The position numbers and the translations under genes were made by a program. The notes beneath the pieces were generated by a model. It was not told where the DNA came from. It saw only the letters and a list, made by a program, of their open reading frames with translations, and made no database searches. A stretch of DNA of 64,000 bases from Candidatus Magasanikiibacteriota bacterium (lineage in GTDB: Bacteria > Patescibacteriota > Patescibacteriia > Magasanikbacterales > UBA922). Of this stretch, positions 1-9,800 are shown in pieces. The stretch's first letter is position 1. Every line of letters begins with the position of its first letter. The DNA lies in assembly GCA_041674805.1 (NCBI GenBank), contig JBAYVA010000001.1, forward strand, positions 24,624-88,623. Reading direction: 5' to 3'.

Positions 1-768
1 TATGCCAAATTTTGGATGCCAAAAATTTTGAGTGTTGCTGATAAAATTTTGGTTAGTTCTTTTGATTATATTGAACACAGTGATGCTAGAAATTTTTACT
101 TACAAAATAAAGAAAAATTTGTAGAATTACCTTTTGGTGTAGATATAGAAAATTTTGCACCACGTGCTAAAACAATAGAAATAATCAAGGAAAATGGTTT
201 GCAAGAAAATATCCCAACAATTTTATTTGTCGGTGGTATGGATAGTGCTCATTATTTCAAAGGTGTTGATGTTTTGTTAAAATCATTGTACCTTTTGAAA
301 AAAAATAAATTTGTTTTTCAGACTATTTTGGTAGGAGATGGAAATTTGAAAGAACAATATGTTATGAAAGCTAAAGGTTTGGGACTTGAAAAAAATACTT
401 TTTTTGTTGGTAAAGTTTCTAATGAAGAATTACCATTATATTACAATTTAGCTGACTTGTTCGTTTTACCTTCTATCAATAGTGCTGAAGCTTTTGGTGT
501 AGTTCTTTTGGAAGCAATGTCTAGTGGTGTGCCTGTGATTGCTAGTGATTTACCTGGTGTGAGAACTGTAGCCAAAGATGGTGGAGAAGTTTTCAAAGTA
601 AAAGATTATCAAGAGTTAACTAGTTTAATTTTTGAATATTTTTCTCAACCAAAAGATATTCCTATTTGGAAAAATCAAGTTAGAGAAGTGGTCTTAAAAA
701 AATATGCTTGGTCAAAAATAGTAGAAAATTTAAACAATATTTATCTTGAGCTTGTGAATAAGAAGTAA
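1..768 (+). CDS. Glycosyltransferase family 1 (GT4-like), C-terminal portion; the 5' end lies upstream of the window
   Basis: ORF 16..768 has no plausible N-terminus here. The translation carries the GT1 C-terminal signature EAFGVVLLEAMSSGVPVIAS...PGV (E-x7-E motif). Confidence 0.75.
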   Translation, partial: YAKFWMPKILSVADKILVSSFDYIEHSDARNFYLQNKEKFVELPFGVDIENFAPRAKTIEIIKENGLQENIPTILFVGGMDSAHYFKGVDVLLKSLYLLKKNKFVFQTILVGDGNLKEQYVMKAKGLGLEKNTFFVGKVSNEELPLYYNLADLFVLPSINSAEAFGVVLLEAMSSGVPVIASDLPGVRTVAKDGGEVFKVKDYQELTSLIFEYFSQPKDIPIWKNQVREVVLKKYAWSKIVENLNNIYLELVNKK

Positions 769-814
769 ATTTGTTATAATAACTATATAAGTTAATATAT
801 ATAATCTAATTTTT

Positions 815-1123
815 ATGGGTAAATTTAAACACGGTCTTTTTTTAGGAGGACTCTTGGGGGCTGGTTTAGTTTGGCTCAATGCTACCAAAAAAGGTAAACA
901 AGTTCGTGAAGAACTTATGGATAAAGCGTCTGTAGTATATTTGGAAGTAAAAGAAAAAATCATGGCATCAGAAGGTTTTGACAAAATGACAAAAACTAAA
1001 TATTATAAATTTGTAGAACAAGCTGTCAATAAATATGCAGTAGAAAATGATTTGTTAGATAGTATGCGTGATATGATTGAAAAAGTTGTAAAATCTCAGT
1101 GGAAAAATTTGCCAAAAAAATAA
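815..1123 (+). CDS. YtxH-like small protein (Gly-zipper N-terminus followed by a coiled segment)
   Basis: 102 aa. The N-terminus GLFLGGLLGAGLVWL...KKGKQVREEL resembles the YtxH/DUF948 family. Confidence 0.45.
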   Translation: MGKFKHGLFLGGLLGAGLVWLNATKKGKQVREELMDKASVVYLEVKEKIMASEGFDKMTKTKYYKFVEQAVNKYAVENDLLDSMRDMIEKVVKSQWKNLPKK

Positions 1124-1146
1124 AGAATAAAAAAATTTTTAAATAA

Positions 1147-1174
1147 AAAACTCCTAAAATTAGGAGTTTTTTTC
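1147..1174 (+). terminator. Rho-independent terminator (ctcctaaaattaggag followed by a T7 run)
   Basis: Perfect 6-bp stem ctccta/taggag with a T-run, 24 nt after the stop at 1123. Confidence 0.55.
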
Positions 1175-1205
1175 TTTAACATGAGATGACCTAAGTCATT
1201 TTTTG

Positions 1206-1279
1206 TGGGCGTGCTTGGAATCGAACCGAGGACCTCAACATTATCAGTGTTGCGCTCTAACCAACTGAGCTACACGCCC
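1206..1279 (-). tRNA. tRNA-Ile (anticodon GAT)
   Basis: Reverse complement reads GGGCGTG TA GCTCAGTTGGTTAGAGC ... CTGATAA ... TTCGATTCC ... CACGCCC A. The cloverleaf was folded by eye and has one C.A mismatch in the T-stem. Confidence 0.75.
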
Positions 1280-1367
1280 TTATAAAAAAGCTTTATCATT
1301 ATAAACTATTTTGATATTTTTTTCAAGTGTTTTATCCAGAGCCTGTTTTTATATTTTTTAGGCTTTG

Positions 1368-1441
1368 TAAACCCGCCCAGATTCGAACTGGGGACCTCTA
1401 CAATGTCAATGTAGCGCTCTAACCAACTGAGCTACGGATTC
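1368..1441 (-). tRNA. tRNA-Val (anticodon GAC)
   Basis: Reverse complement reads GAATCCG TA GCTCAGTTGGTTAGAGC G CTACA TTGACAT TGTAG AGGTC CCCAG TTCGAAT CTGGG CGGGTTT A. The acceptor stem has two G-U pairs. Confidence 0.8.
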
Positions 1442-1476
1442 TTGATTTATTTCTGACCTCTATCCCGACTAGTCGG

Positions 1477-1514
1477 GATCAATGTGGCGCTCTAGCCAAC
1501 TGAGCTATGCAGTC
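1477..1514 (-). repeat. Degenerate copy of the tRNA-Val 5' half (GACTGCA TA GCTCAGTTGGCTAGAGCGCCACATTGATC), fused to the palindrome atcccgactagtcgggat at 1462..1479
   Basis: Aligns to tRNA-Val positions 1 to about 38 with a few substitutions. There is no T-arm or 3' half. Confidence 0.55.
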
Positions 1515-1532
1515 ATATCAAAATTTTATAGT

Positions 1533-1590
1533 GATCAATGTAGCGCTTCCTGCTTGCCGGCAGGTAGATAACCAACTGAGCTAGATGATC
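1533..1590 (-). repeat. Second degenerate tRNA-Val 5'-half copy, interrupted by the GC-rich palindromic insert cctgcttgccggcagg (1549..1564)
   Basis: GATCATC TA GCTCAGTTGGTTA [insert] GCGCTACATTGATC. Same unit as 1477..1514. Confidence 0.55.
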
Positions 1591-1608
1591 TTAAAATTTA
1601 TGTGGATT

Positions 1609-1637
1609 ACTATATAATATTTAGGTAGAAAAGTCAA
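1609..1637 (-). promoter_or_regulatory. Candidate sigma70-type promoter (minus strand: TTGACT, 17-nt spacer, TATAGT) reading into the tRNA-fragment leader and tRNA-Val
   Basis: On the minus strand the -35 is the revcomp of 1632..1637 and the -10 is the revcomp of 1609..1614, with a 17-nt spacer. Confidence 0.4.
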
Positions 1638-1775
1638 TGTTTTTTATGGATTATTAAGATAAAGCTGTGTATTTTGTATTTTTTGGGTTAGTATTATAAA
1701 ATTTGCTAAGACTTGCATTTTCTCTAATTTTAGTATATAATTTCATTTGAAATACTCTATAAATTATAATAGCTT

Positions 1776-2408
1776 ATGTCCATGGAACCAACAAAAAACA
1801 ATTTAGAAGAAAAAGAAGTAGAAGAAATTATTAATGATGATTTGTATAATAAAGGTTTTTTAAGTAGATTTGGTCTTTTTTTTGGTGAACTTATCAAAAT
1901 AATTTTTTTGGCAGGTATTACTATTTTTGTAATACGTTATTTCTTATTTAAACCTTTTTATGTCAAAGGTCAATCTATGGAACCAAATTTTCATGAAAGG
2001 GATTATTTGATTATTGATGAAATTACTTATAGGTTTAGAGAACCTGTTAGAGGAGAAGTTGTTGTTTTGAAATCACCTGTTAGTACTGATTTTTATTTAA
2101 AACGTATTGTTGCTTTGCCTGGTGAAAGAATAAAAATAGAAGAAGGTAAAGTAATAATCTATAATGAACAAAGTCCAAAAGGTTTAGTTTTAAATGAAGA
2201 ATATTTAGAAGTAGAAACCACTGGTTCTATCAGTTTGACTTTGGGCAGCGAACAATATTTTGTTTTGGGTGATAATAGATCAGCTAGTTTTGATTCTCGA
2301 CGTTTTGGTGCGATTTCCAAAGATGAATTGGTTGGTCGTGTGTGGTTTAGAGGTTGGCCTGTAAACAAAATAGCTACCTTTGATTTACCTGTATATAATT
2401 TAAATTAA
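1776..2408 (+). CDS. lepB: Signal peptidase I (S26 family)
   Basis: N-terminal TM segment. Motifs GQSMEPNF, KRIVALPGE, VLGDNRSASFDSR and GRVWFRGWP are typical of LepB. Confidence 0.85.
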   Translation: MSMEPTKNNLEEKEVEEIINDDLYNKGFLSRFGLFFGELIKIIFLAGITIFVIRYFLFKPFYVKGQSMEPNFHERDYLIIDEITYRFREPVRGEVVVLKSPVSTDFYLKRIVALPGERIKIEEGKVIIYNEQSPKGLVLNEEYLEVETTGSISLTLGSEQYFVLGDNRSASFDSRRFGAISKDELVGRVWFRGWPVNKIATFDLPVYNLN

Positions 2409-2431
2409 AAAAATAATAGTAATAATTTATT

Positions 2432-3850
2432 ATGACAAAAAAGATTAATGACAAAAAAAACATCAAAAAGTCTGTTGTCGTCAAAAAAGAAGTTAAAAAA
2501 AATACACCGGTTGTTGCTAAAAAAACTGTTGTTGCTAAAGCTAGTAATGAAAAGAAAGTTACTTATACTACTTTAAGAGGCATGAGAGATGTATTACCAA
2601 AAGATGGTGCTACTTGGCAAAAAGTTTATGATATTATAAAAAACATTTCAACAGCTTATGGTTTTTCTTATGTAGAAACTCCTGTTTTGGAACAATCAAG
2701 TTTATTTATTCGTTCTATTGGTAAAGGTACAGATGTTGTAGACAAAGAAATGTATGTTTTTGAAGATAAAGATGGTACTAAAGTATGTTTGAGACCAGAA
2801 ATGACAGCATCTTTGGTACGTTCTTATGTAGAAAATGGCATGCAAACTTTGCCACAACCTGTCAAAATGTGGTACCACGGACAAATGTTTAGACATGATA
2901 GACCTCAAGCTGGTCGTTTCCGTCAATTTTATCAATTTGGTTGTGAGACAATGGGTGATGCTAATCCAATAATTGATGCAGAATTAATTTCAGTTGCTTA
3001 TAATACTTTACGTGATTTAGGTATTGATTCTGTTATTCATATCAATAGTATTGGTACTTTGCAAGATAGAGAAAATTATATAGTAGAATTAGTTGGTTAT
3101 TTACGTAGTAAACGCAGTTATCTAAGTGAAGAATCAAAAAAACGTATCAACAAAAATCCTTTACGTATTTTAGATTCAAAAGAAGAACAAGATATTGCTG
3201 TAATGGAAGAAGCTCCTCAAATAGTTGATTGGTTGAGTCCTGAATCAAAAAAGTTTTTTACAAATGTTTTAGAATATTTAGATGAAGCTGAAATTCCTTA
3301 TGTTTTGGATCCAAATTTAGTTAGAGGTTTGGATTATTATACTAATACTGTATTTGAAATTTTTACAGAAGATGAAGAATTAGCTAGTATTGCTCTTGGT
3401 GGTGGTGGTAGATACGATGGTTTGATAGAACAATTGGGAGGACAATCTACACCTGCTGCTGGTTTTGCTCTTGGTTTGGATAGGGTAGTAACAGTATTGA
3501 AACACAAACAAGATAAACTAGATAAAGAAAATAGTCAAAAACCAAAAGAAGAGACAAGAACTAACAAAGTTTTCTTTGCTCAGCTTGGTGAACAAGCTAA
3601 TAAAAAAGCTTTGAATATCTTAGAAAATTTACGTAGAGAAGGTTTGACAGTTTATCATAATTTAGCCAAATCTTCTTTGAAAGTACAAATGGAATTAGCT
3701 AATAAAATAGGTACAACTCATACTTTGATTTTAGGACAAAAAGAAGTGCAAGATGGTAGTATTTTATTGCGTAATATGGATTCAGGTATTCAAGAGGTAG
3801 TAGATCAAAAAAAGGTGGCAAATGTTATCCGCAAGTTGTTGCAAAATTAG
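2432..3850 (+). CDS. hisS: Histidyl-tRNA synthetase (class II) with a Lys-rich N-terminal extension
   Basis: Motifs GMRDVLP, CLRPEMTASLVR, RQFYQFGCE and LALGGGGRYDGL, plus an anticodon-binding C-terminus. Confidence 0.9.
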   Translation: MTKKINDKKNIKKSVVVKKEVKKNTPVVAKKTVVAKASNEKKVTYTTLRGMRDVLPKDGATWQKVYDIIKNISTAYGFSYVETPVLEQSSLFIRSIGKGTDVVDKEMYVFEDKDGTKVCLRPEMTASLVRSYVENGMQTLPQPVKMWYHGQMFRHDRPQAGRFRQFYQFGCETMGDANPIIDAELISVAYNTLRDLGIDSVIHINSIGTLQDRENYIVELVGYLRSKRSYLSEESKKRINKNPLRILDSKEEQDIAVMEEAPQIVDWLSPESKKFFTNVLEYLDEAEIPYVLDPNLVRGLDYYTNTVFEIFTEDEELASIALGGGGRYDGLIEQLGGQSTPAAGFALGLDRVVTVLKHKQDKLDKENSQKPKEETRTNKVFFAQLGEQANKKALNILENLRREGLTVYHNLAKSSLKVQMELANKIGTTHTLILGQKEVQDGSILLRNMDSGIQEVVDQKKVANVIRKLLQN

Positions 3851-3928
3851 TTTGACTAAAAGCCTTTTTTAGTGTAAGATAACAATATATTTATTAAATT
3901 AAATTCACTTGGGAGGTGAATAAAAAAT

Positions 3929-4165
3929 ATGTCAGATTTGAAACGTAAAAAGAATGAATCTTTTGAGTCATTCATGCGTAGAGTAAAACAACAATGGCAA
4001 CGTTCTGGCACAATTTTACAAGCTCGTAAAATTCAATATTTTACAGGTAAGCAAAGTAAAAATGTTCAACGTAAATTAGCTGTTTCAAAAGTAAAGAAAG
4101 GTGCTAAACTAGATTTACTTAGAAAAAATGGTAAACTTCCTGTTGAGGAATATAAAAGAAGATAA
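3929..4165 (+). CDS. rpsU: 30S ribosomal protein S21
   Basis: 78 aa, basic, SFESFMRRVKQQWQRSG...RKIQYF. A GGGAGGTG RBS sits upstream. The conserved rpsU-yqeY neighbourhood supports the call. Confidence 0.8.
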   Translation: MSDLKRKKNESFESFMRRVKQQWQRSGTILQARKIQYFTGKQSKNVQRKLAVSKVKKGAKLDLLRKNGKLPVEEYKRR

Positions 4166-4170
4166 TTTTT

Positions 4171-4617
4171 ATGTCATTAATTGAGACAATTCGTCAAAAT
4201 CAATTAGAAGCACGTAAAAATCAAAAAAAAGAAAGACTATCTGTAATGCAGGTGGTTCTTTCTGTTTTAAAGAATGAAAGCATAGCAAAACAGAAAGAAT
4301 TATCTGATGAAGAAGTAATAGAAGTTTTACAAAAACAAGTAAAACAACTAAACGATGCAATGAAAGATTTTGTTGCAGGAAATCGTCAAGATTTGATTGA
4401 TCAAACAAAAAATGAAATTTCTATAATATCTGAATTTTTGCCAGCACAAATGACTGAAGAAGAAATTTTGGCAGAAGTCAATAATATCATTGCAAATTTT
4501 GGAGAAATAAAACCAAATGATTTTGGAAAAGTGATGGGGCAAGCTATGTCAAAAATGAAAGGTAAAGCTGATGGTAATTTGGTTGGAAAAATTTTAAAAG
4601 AACAACTTACAAAATAA
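4171..4617 (+). CDS. GatB/YqeY domain protein
   Basis: 148 aa. The C-terminus KPNDFGKVMGQAMSKMKGKADGNLVGKILKEQL matches the YqeY family, and the gene lies downstream of rpsU. Confidence 0.8.
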   Translation: MSLIETIRQNQLEARKNQKKERLSVMQVVLSVLKNESIAKQKELSDEEVIEVLQKQVKQLNDAMKDFVAGNRQDLIDQTKNEISIISEFLPAQMTEEEILAEVNNIIANFGEIKPNDFGKVMGQAMSKMKGKADGNLVGKILKEQLTK

Positions 4618-4636
4618 AAACAAACACAAATAGTAT

Positions 4637-4675
4637 CAGATTTTTTAACGCGAATTTAAAAAATCTGTTTATTTA
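4637..4675 (+). terminator. Rho-independent terminator (perfect 11-bp stem cagatttttta/taaaaaatctg followed by a T-rich tail)
   Basis: Hairpin with a T-run, 20 nt after the yqeY stop. Confidence 0.55.
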
Positions 4676-4702
4676 TTAAATTTCGTTTCTAAGGATTTTC
4701 CC

Positions 4703-6844
4703 ATGCTACCTTGGACACGTAAAAATTATATGAAAAATAAATACCGAATAATTTTCACTATTTTGGCTGTTTTTTTATTTTTGGGTTTTGCTCAAAGCAC
4801 TTTTGCACAGACAGCTACAGACACTTTGGGTATTGATTCTGTCGATGACTCACAGTTAGCTTTGGCGAGTACAGATATTAGAACAATAGTTGTCAAAATT
4901 ATAAACACAATTTTAGGATTACTTGGTATTATTGCTGTGTCATTGATTATTTATGCTGGTTTTGTAATTATGACTTCAGGTGGAGATGAATCAAAAGTTG
5001 CTAATGGTAGAAAAATTATTATCAATGCGGTGATTGGTTTAGTGATTATTTTTTCAGCTTGGGCTATCGTAAAATTTGCTTTAAGTAGATTAGGTCAGGC
5101 TACAGGAATAAATTCTGGTAATAATTCATCTGTGCAAACACCTAATGGTTTGAATTCATTTAGTGGTTCTGCTTCTCTTGGTAGAATTGTTAAAGATCAT
5201 TATCCTTTTAGAAATCAAAAAAATGTAGCACGTAATAGCTCTGTAGTAGTAACTTTTAATTTTCCTATTGATCCTGCGAGTGTTATGTCAAATACAAACA
5301 ATACTTGTTGGAATAATGATTTTACTGGTCCTACTTCTACTTGTATTACTGAAAATGGTAAGATAAAAGATTCTTACTATGGTGATTGTTATTTGGATGG
5401 TACAAGTATGAAGTGTGATACTTTGAATACTTCTACTGTAAAAATTGATACATCTGTTAATATTGTAAATGCAAATTCTGGTATTGCAGCCAATGTTATG
5501 GCTAGTTATGATAATGATAAAAATTTGTATACTTTAGTATTTAAACCTTTGTCATATTTAGGTAGTGCTACTGAAAATGTTCCTTATACCGTTCAATTAT
5601 TAGAGGGTATAAAAAAATCTGGTAGTAATGATAGTATTTTTATTGGTCTTTCTAACAGAAAATATATTTGGAATTTTGAAACAGGTACTAATCTTGATTT
5701 GAATCCTCCTTATATTACTAGTGTTTATCCAAATAATAATACTACAACTACTAAAGATATTATTATACAAATAAATTTTAATGAGCCTATTGACCCTACA
5801 ACAGTTCAAGGTTTATTAAATAGTACTGGTGAATTTGATAATATTTTGGTAAATACTTTAGGCAAAGCTGTGACAGGTACTTGGCAAATGAGTAATGCTT
5901 ATAAAACTGTAGAATTTGTGCCAGTTGATATTTGTGGACAAAATAGTTGTGGTCAAACAAGATATTGTTTGCCTGTTGTTTGTACTGAAAGTGATCCTCA
6001 ATGTACCAAACCTTTTGAAGTTTTAGTTCGTACAGCTCAATCAAAAATGAATAATGAAGCTCCTTTTGAAGCTGTTCCTTTTTCTGGTGTTTATGATTTA
6101 GCTTTTAATGCTTTGGATAATTTAAGTAATAATCCACTTACGGGTGTTTATTCTTTAGTTAAACCGCAAATTGTTCCTGGAAAAATAATTTATGAAGATG
6201 AAAAGAAACCTGATAATTATTTTTGGGGTTTTGGTATCCAAAACAAAATAGATAAAAAAATACCATATATTGAGTATATTAAGCCTAATATTGATGAAGA
6301 AGACATAATAGATAACGCAGTAGTATCAATGGTTTTTAGTAAAGTTTTACGTATGGGTACTATTGATAAAATAGGATTAAATGAATATCCAGAGGACGTT
6401 TGTATTGATGCTGCGTCAACTACTACACCTTGTTCTACAACTAGAGAACGTTTAGATAATATTTGGTATAGAGTTTGGGCTGACAATACTGGTAACAAAA
6501 CTATAGTTGCTATTGATCATCGTGAATTTGGACCAAATGGTTTAGATTTGTATTATTTTCCAACAGTTCCAAATACACTTCAAGACAATCACCAAAATTG
6601 TTTTTATCCTGGTTTTGGTCCTGATACTACAAACGCTGAAAAATGTACTTTAAATTATGATACAGACAATAATATTACTTCTGTACAAAATTGTATAGTT
6701 GGTTTTGATTATAATAATGATACTGATACTGCTTGCGGTTTTAAGTTGAATGCATCTTCGATACCTACAACAACAGCAAATTTAAAAGAATGTTTAAATC
6801 TTTTAAAGACTAACAGTATTTCAACTTACACCAATTTAAGATAG
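4703..6844 (+). CDS. Secreted or membrane-anchored surface protein with an N-terminal two-TM pilin-like domain (T4SS VirB2/TrbC-like) and a Cys-containing extracellular region. Paralog of the next gene in its first ~130 aa
   Basis: After the signal peptide, AQTATDTLG...IVVKIINTILGLLGI...SGGDESKV..RKIIINAVIGLVIIFSAWAI is about 65% identical to the N-terminus of ORF 6848. The true start may be the ATG at 4730 (MKNKYRII...). Confidence 0.7.
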   Translation: MLPWTRKNYMKNKYRIIFTILAVFLFLGFAQSTFAQTATDTLGIDSVDDSQLALASTDIRTIVVKIINTILGLLGIIAVSLIIYAGFVIMTSGGDESKVANGRKIIINAVIGLVIIFSAWAIVKFALSRLGQATGINSGNNSSVQTPNGLNSFSGSASLGRIVKDHYPFRNQKNVARNSSVVVTFNFPIDPASVMSNTNNTCWNNDFTGPTSTCITENGKIKDSYYGDCYLDGTSMKCDTLNTSTVKIDTSVNIVNANSGIAANVMASYDNDKNLYTLVFKPLSYLGSATENVPYTVQLLEGIKKSGSNDSIFIGLSNRKYIWNFETGTNLDLNPPYITSVYPNNNTTTTKDIIIQINFNEPIDPTTVQGLLNSTGEFDNILVNTLGKAVTGTWQMSNAYKTVEFVPVDICGQNSCGQTRYCLPVVCTESDPQCTKPFEVLVRTAQSKMNNEAPFEAVPFSGVYDLAFNALDNLSNNPLTGVYSLVKPQIVPGKIIYEDEKKPDNYFWGFGIQNKIDKKIPYIEYIKPNIDEEDIIDNAVVSMVFSKVLRMGTIDKIGLNEYPEDVCIDAASTTTPCSTTRERLDNIWYRVWADNTGNKTIVAIDHREFGPNGLDLYYFPTVPNTLQDNHQNCFYPGFGPDTTNAEKCTLNYDTDNNITSVQNCIVGFDYNNDTDTACGFKLNASSIPTTTANLKECLNLLKTNSISTYTNLR

Positions 6845-6847
6845 CTT

Positions 6848-9800
6848 ATGAAATTTTTTACACAACAAAAATTTAAATTTTTAGTATTAGGTTTATTTTT
6901 TCCATTATTTATTTTTGGATTATTTTTATCATTGCCTGTTTTGGCTCAAACTGCTACTGATACTTTGGGTGTAGATGTTGTTGCTGATAATGTTGCTTTG
7001 GGTGGCGGTGATTTTAGAGTAATTGTTGTAAAAATAATTAATACTATTTTAACTTTGTTGGGTATTGTTGTTGTAGTTATCATTTTGTATGGTGGTTTTG
7101 TTTATATGACTGCTGGTGGTGAAGATGATAAAGTAAGTAAAGCTAGAAAAATTATTATAAATGGTATAATTGGCTTAGCAATCATTTTATCAGCTTGGGC
7201 TATTACTAGATTTGTTTTAAACAAATTAGGACAAGCTACTGGTTTGCAAAATGTTGTGGATACTTCATTAGAAGGAGATTGTTTTACTCCTGGTACTCCT
7301 TATTACGAAAAATATTCAAATACTGTACATTGTCAAGATGTTGTTGATGATTTTCCTGATCAAAGTTGTACAGAAAAACATTTTATAGCTAAAAGTATTA
7401 CTCCAAGTACCAAATTAGATGATGTTGTTGGTATGAATAATGTTATTATTAGAGCTGTTTTTAGTAGGGAAGTGGGTAGTTCTTTGAATGAGGCTATAAA
7501 AATAGAAAAAGATGGTGTAGATATTACTGGTGAGTTTAATTTTTCTTTTAAAGAAAATAATCAAGTAATTGAAGCTAATTCTATAACTAATGATGGTTGT
7601 GATTCTTCACAAAATGGTAAGTGTATTTCTAAAGGTGATTATGTTGTAAGACTCCTTGATATAAAAGATAAAAATGGTAATTCTTTGGAAGTAGATGTAG
7701 AAAATTGTGATACTTATCCTAAAGATGCTAGTTTTAAAGTAGGTAATGAAACTAATATTTTGGATAATAATTCGCCTGTAATCACAAATTTAAAATTCAA
7801 TAATTTATCAGGTGGTAATGTACGTGTAGCCCCAAATAAGTATTATCCTATTTCGGTTTCTGTAAATGATAGATCATTTGTAGGTTATGGTGGTAACGCT
7901 TATGTTTTGATAAAAGTATATAAAAAAGGTTCAGAACAAAATGTTTTGAAAAAATATTTACATGCACCAATGGTTTCTTTTGGTTCTAGTGCTGAATTTA
8001 GTTTCAACTATGCTTTATTAGTAAAAAATAATTTTGAAAAAAATGTTGATTATATAATAGATGTTACATCTTATGATATAGATAGTAATTTTTCTAATGA
8101 AAAATTAGAATTTAGAGTTGTTCCTGAAAGTTGTTTTAATGATGTACAAGATGCAGATGAAGAAGGTATTGATGTTGGTGGTATTTGTGGAACAGATTTA
8201 GGGTCTTCATGTAAAAAACAAAATGATTGTTCTCTTTCTTATAAATGTTTAAATGCTGTAGATAATTTGTGTGTGGGTACTGATGATTGTTTATGTAAAA
8301 AATGGCCTTATATTGAAAATATAGAACAAAATAATGGTGCTTCTGGTAACTGGATTACAATTTCTGGTAGAAATTTTGGTAATAGTAATGGTGAAATACA
8401 TTTTAATTATGATACTAATAATGATAATGTATTTGATTTTGCTAATATCGTGAGTCTAGCTCAATGTCGTGGAAAAGATGTATGGAATGATAATTGGATT
8501 ATTGTAGAAGTTCCAAACAAACCTACTGGTGTTACCGTGAATCCTGTAATTTCTGTCAAAAATTTGGAATTAGCAGGTTCTGTTTCTGATTCAATTTCTA
8601 CACCAAACTATCCTAGTTCTATGAATCCTGGACATGTTTTAAATTTACATCTTGATGAAATTTCAGGAACTACAATTACTAATAGTATTAATGCTAATAA
8701 TAATTTGCAAGTAATTGGTAATGTGGCTTTTGGTAATGACGGTAAATTTGGTAAAGCTATCGCTTTTGACAAGGATCCTGATAGTCCAAGTTTTAATATA
8801 AATGATAAAGAGATTTTGAAATTATATGTAAATGCTGGTGATCCTTTAGACTTAGCAAAAGGTAGTATTTTTGCTTGGATAAAGAAAACTAATAATACAG
8901 TTGGACAGGATACAATAGTGAGCAAAAATTCGTCTTATGGTTTATTTTTAGTAGATAATAAATTGGCTGTTGGTGAATGGTATCCAAGTGGTGGTGGAAG
9001 AGTAATACCTTCTAATACTAATGTTGTCGACGGAAAGTGGCATCAAGTTGGTTTAGTTTTTGATAAAGGTGTAACAAATGGTACAAAATTGTATGTTGAT
9101 GGTAATTTGGTATTAACTACAACTACACAATTTTTTGCTGGTTATGCTGGTGATTTTGTGGTAGGTGCCAATAATAATGGTACTGCTAATTTTTATACAG
9201 GTTTTATTGATGAACTAAATGTTTGGAATAGAGTTTTGTCTTCAGATGAAATAACTTCTTTGTATAATACTGTATCTCCTAATTATAAATTTACTGACTT
9301 TGGCAATGATGATTTTGGTCCTAATGTGGGAGTTTTTACTTATAATAATATAAAAAGACCAGGTCTTTGTGCTGTGACAGTTTCTGGTTCAGAACAAACG
9401 ATGGCTGAGCCAAAAAAAGATATTGAAGCTACTGGCAAAGCTTTTGGAACTACTGGTAAAATGTTTTTTGGTATAAATGATGTAGCTATAAAAAGTTGGT
9501 CAGATAATTCTGTACAAGCTGTAGTTCCTTTTGTAAGTAAAGGTAAATATGGTGTTTTTGTACAAGTAAATGGTGAAAAAAGTAATGCGGTTCCTTTTTC
9601 TGTTGTAGAAACAGGTGCTGATAAATTACCTTTAATTTTAAAAATTGATCCCGTGACAACGACTCCAGGTAGTTATATTACTATTATAGGAAATGATTTT
9701 GGTTCAGCTTATGGTAACGTTTTAATTAATGGTGTAGAATCAGGTGAATTACCAATTTATTGTGGTAATACTTGGTCAGATAAACAAATCATTGTAAAAG

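Noticed and set aside
730-984. 84-aa minus-strand ORF spanning the GT1 / ytxH-like intergenic region
   Set aside because: It overlaps two better-supported plus-strand genes and has no motif. It is spurious.
1183-1205. Second hairpin (gatgacctaagtcat followed by T6) between the terminator at 1147 and tRNA-Ile
   Set aside because: It is probably a redundant or bidirectional terminator element. A 5-bp stem is too weak to call independently.
1451-1637. Integrated element or prophage at tRNA-Val, suggested by the partial tRNA duplications
   Set aside because: The duplicated portions are 5' halves lying upstream of the tRNA, whereas integrases normally duplicate the 3' end. No integrase or recombinase gene is nearby. 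The flanking genes (lepB, hisS) are core genes.
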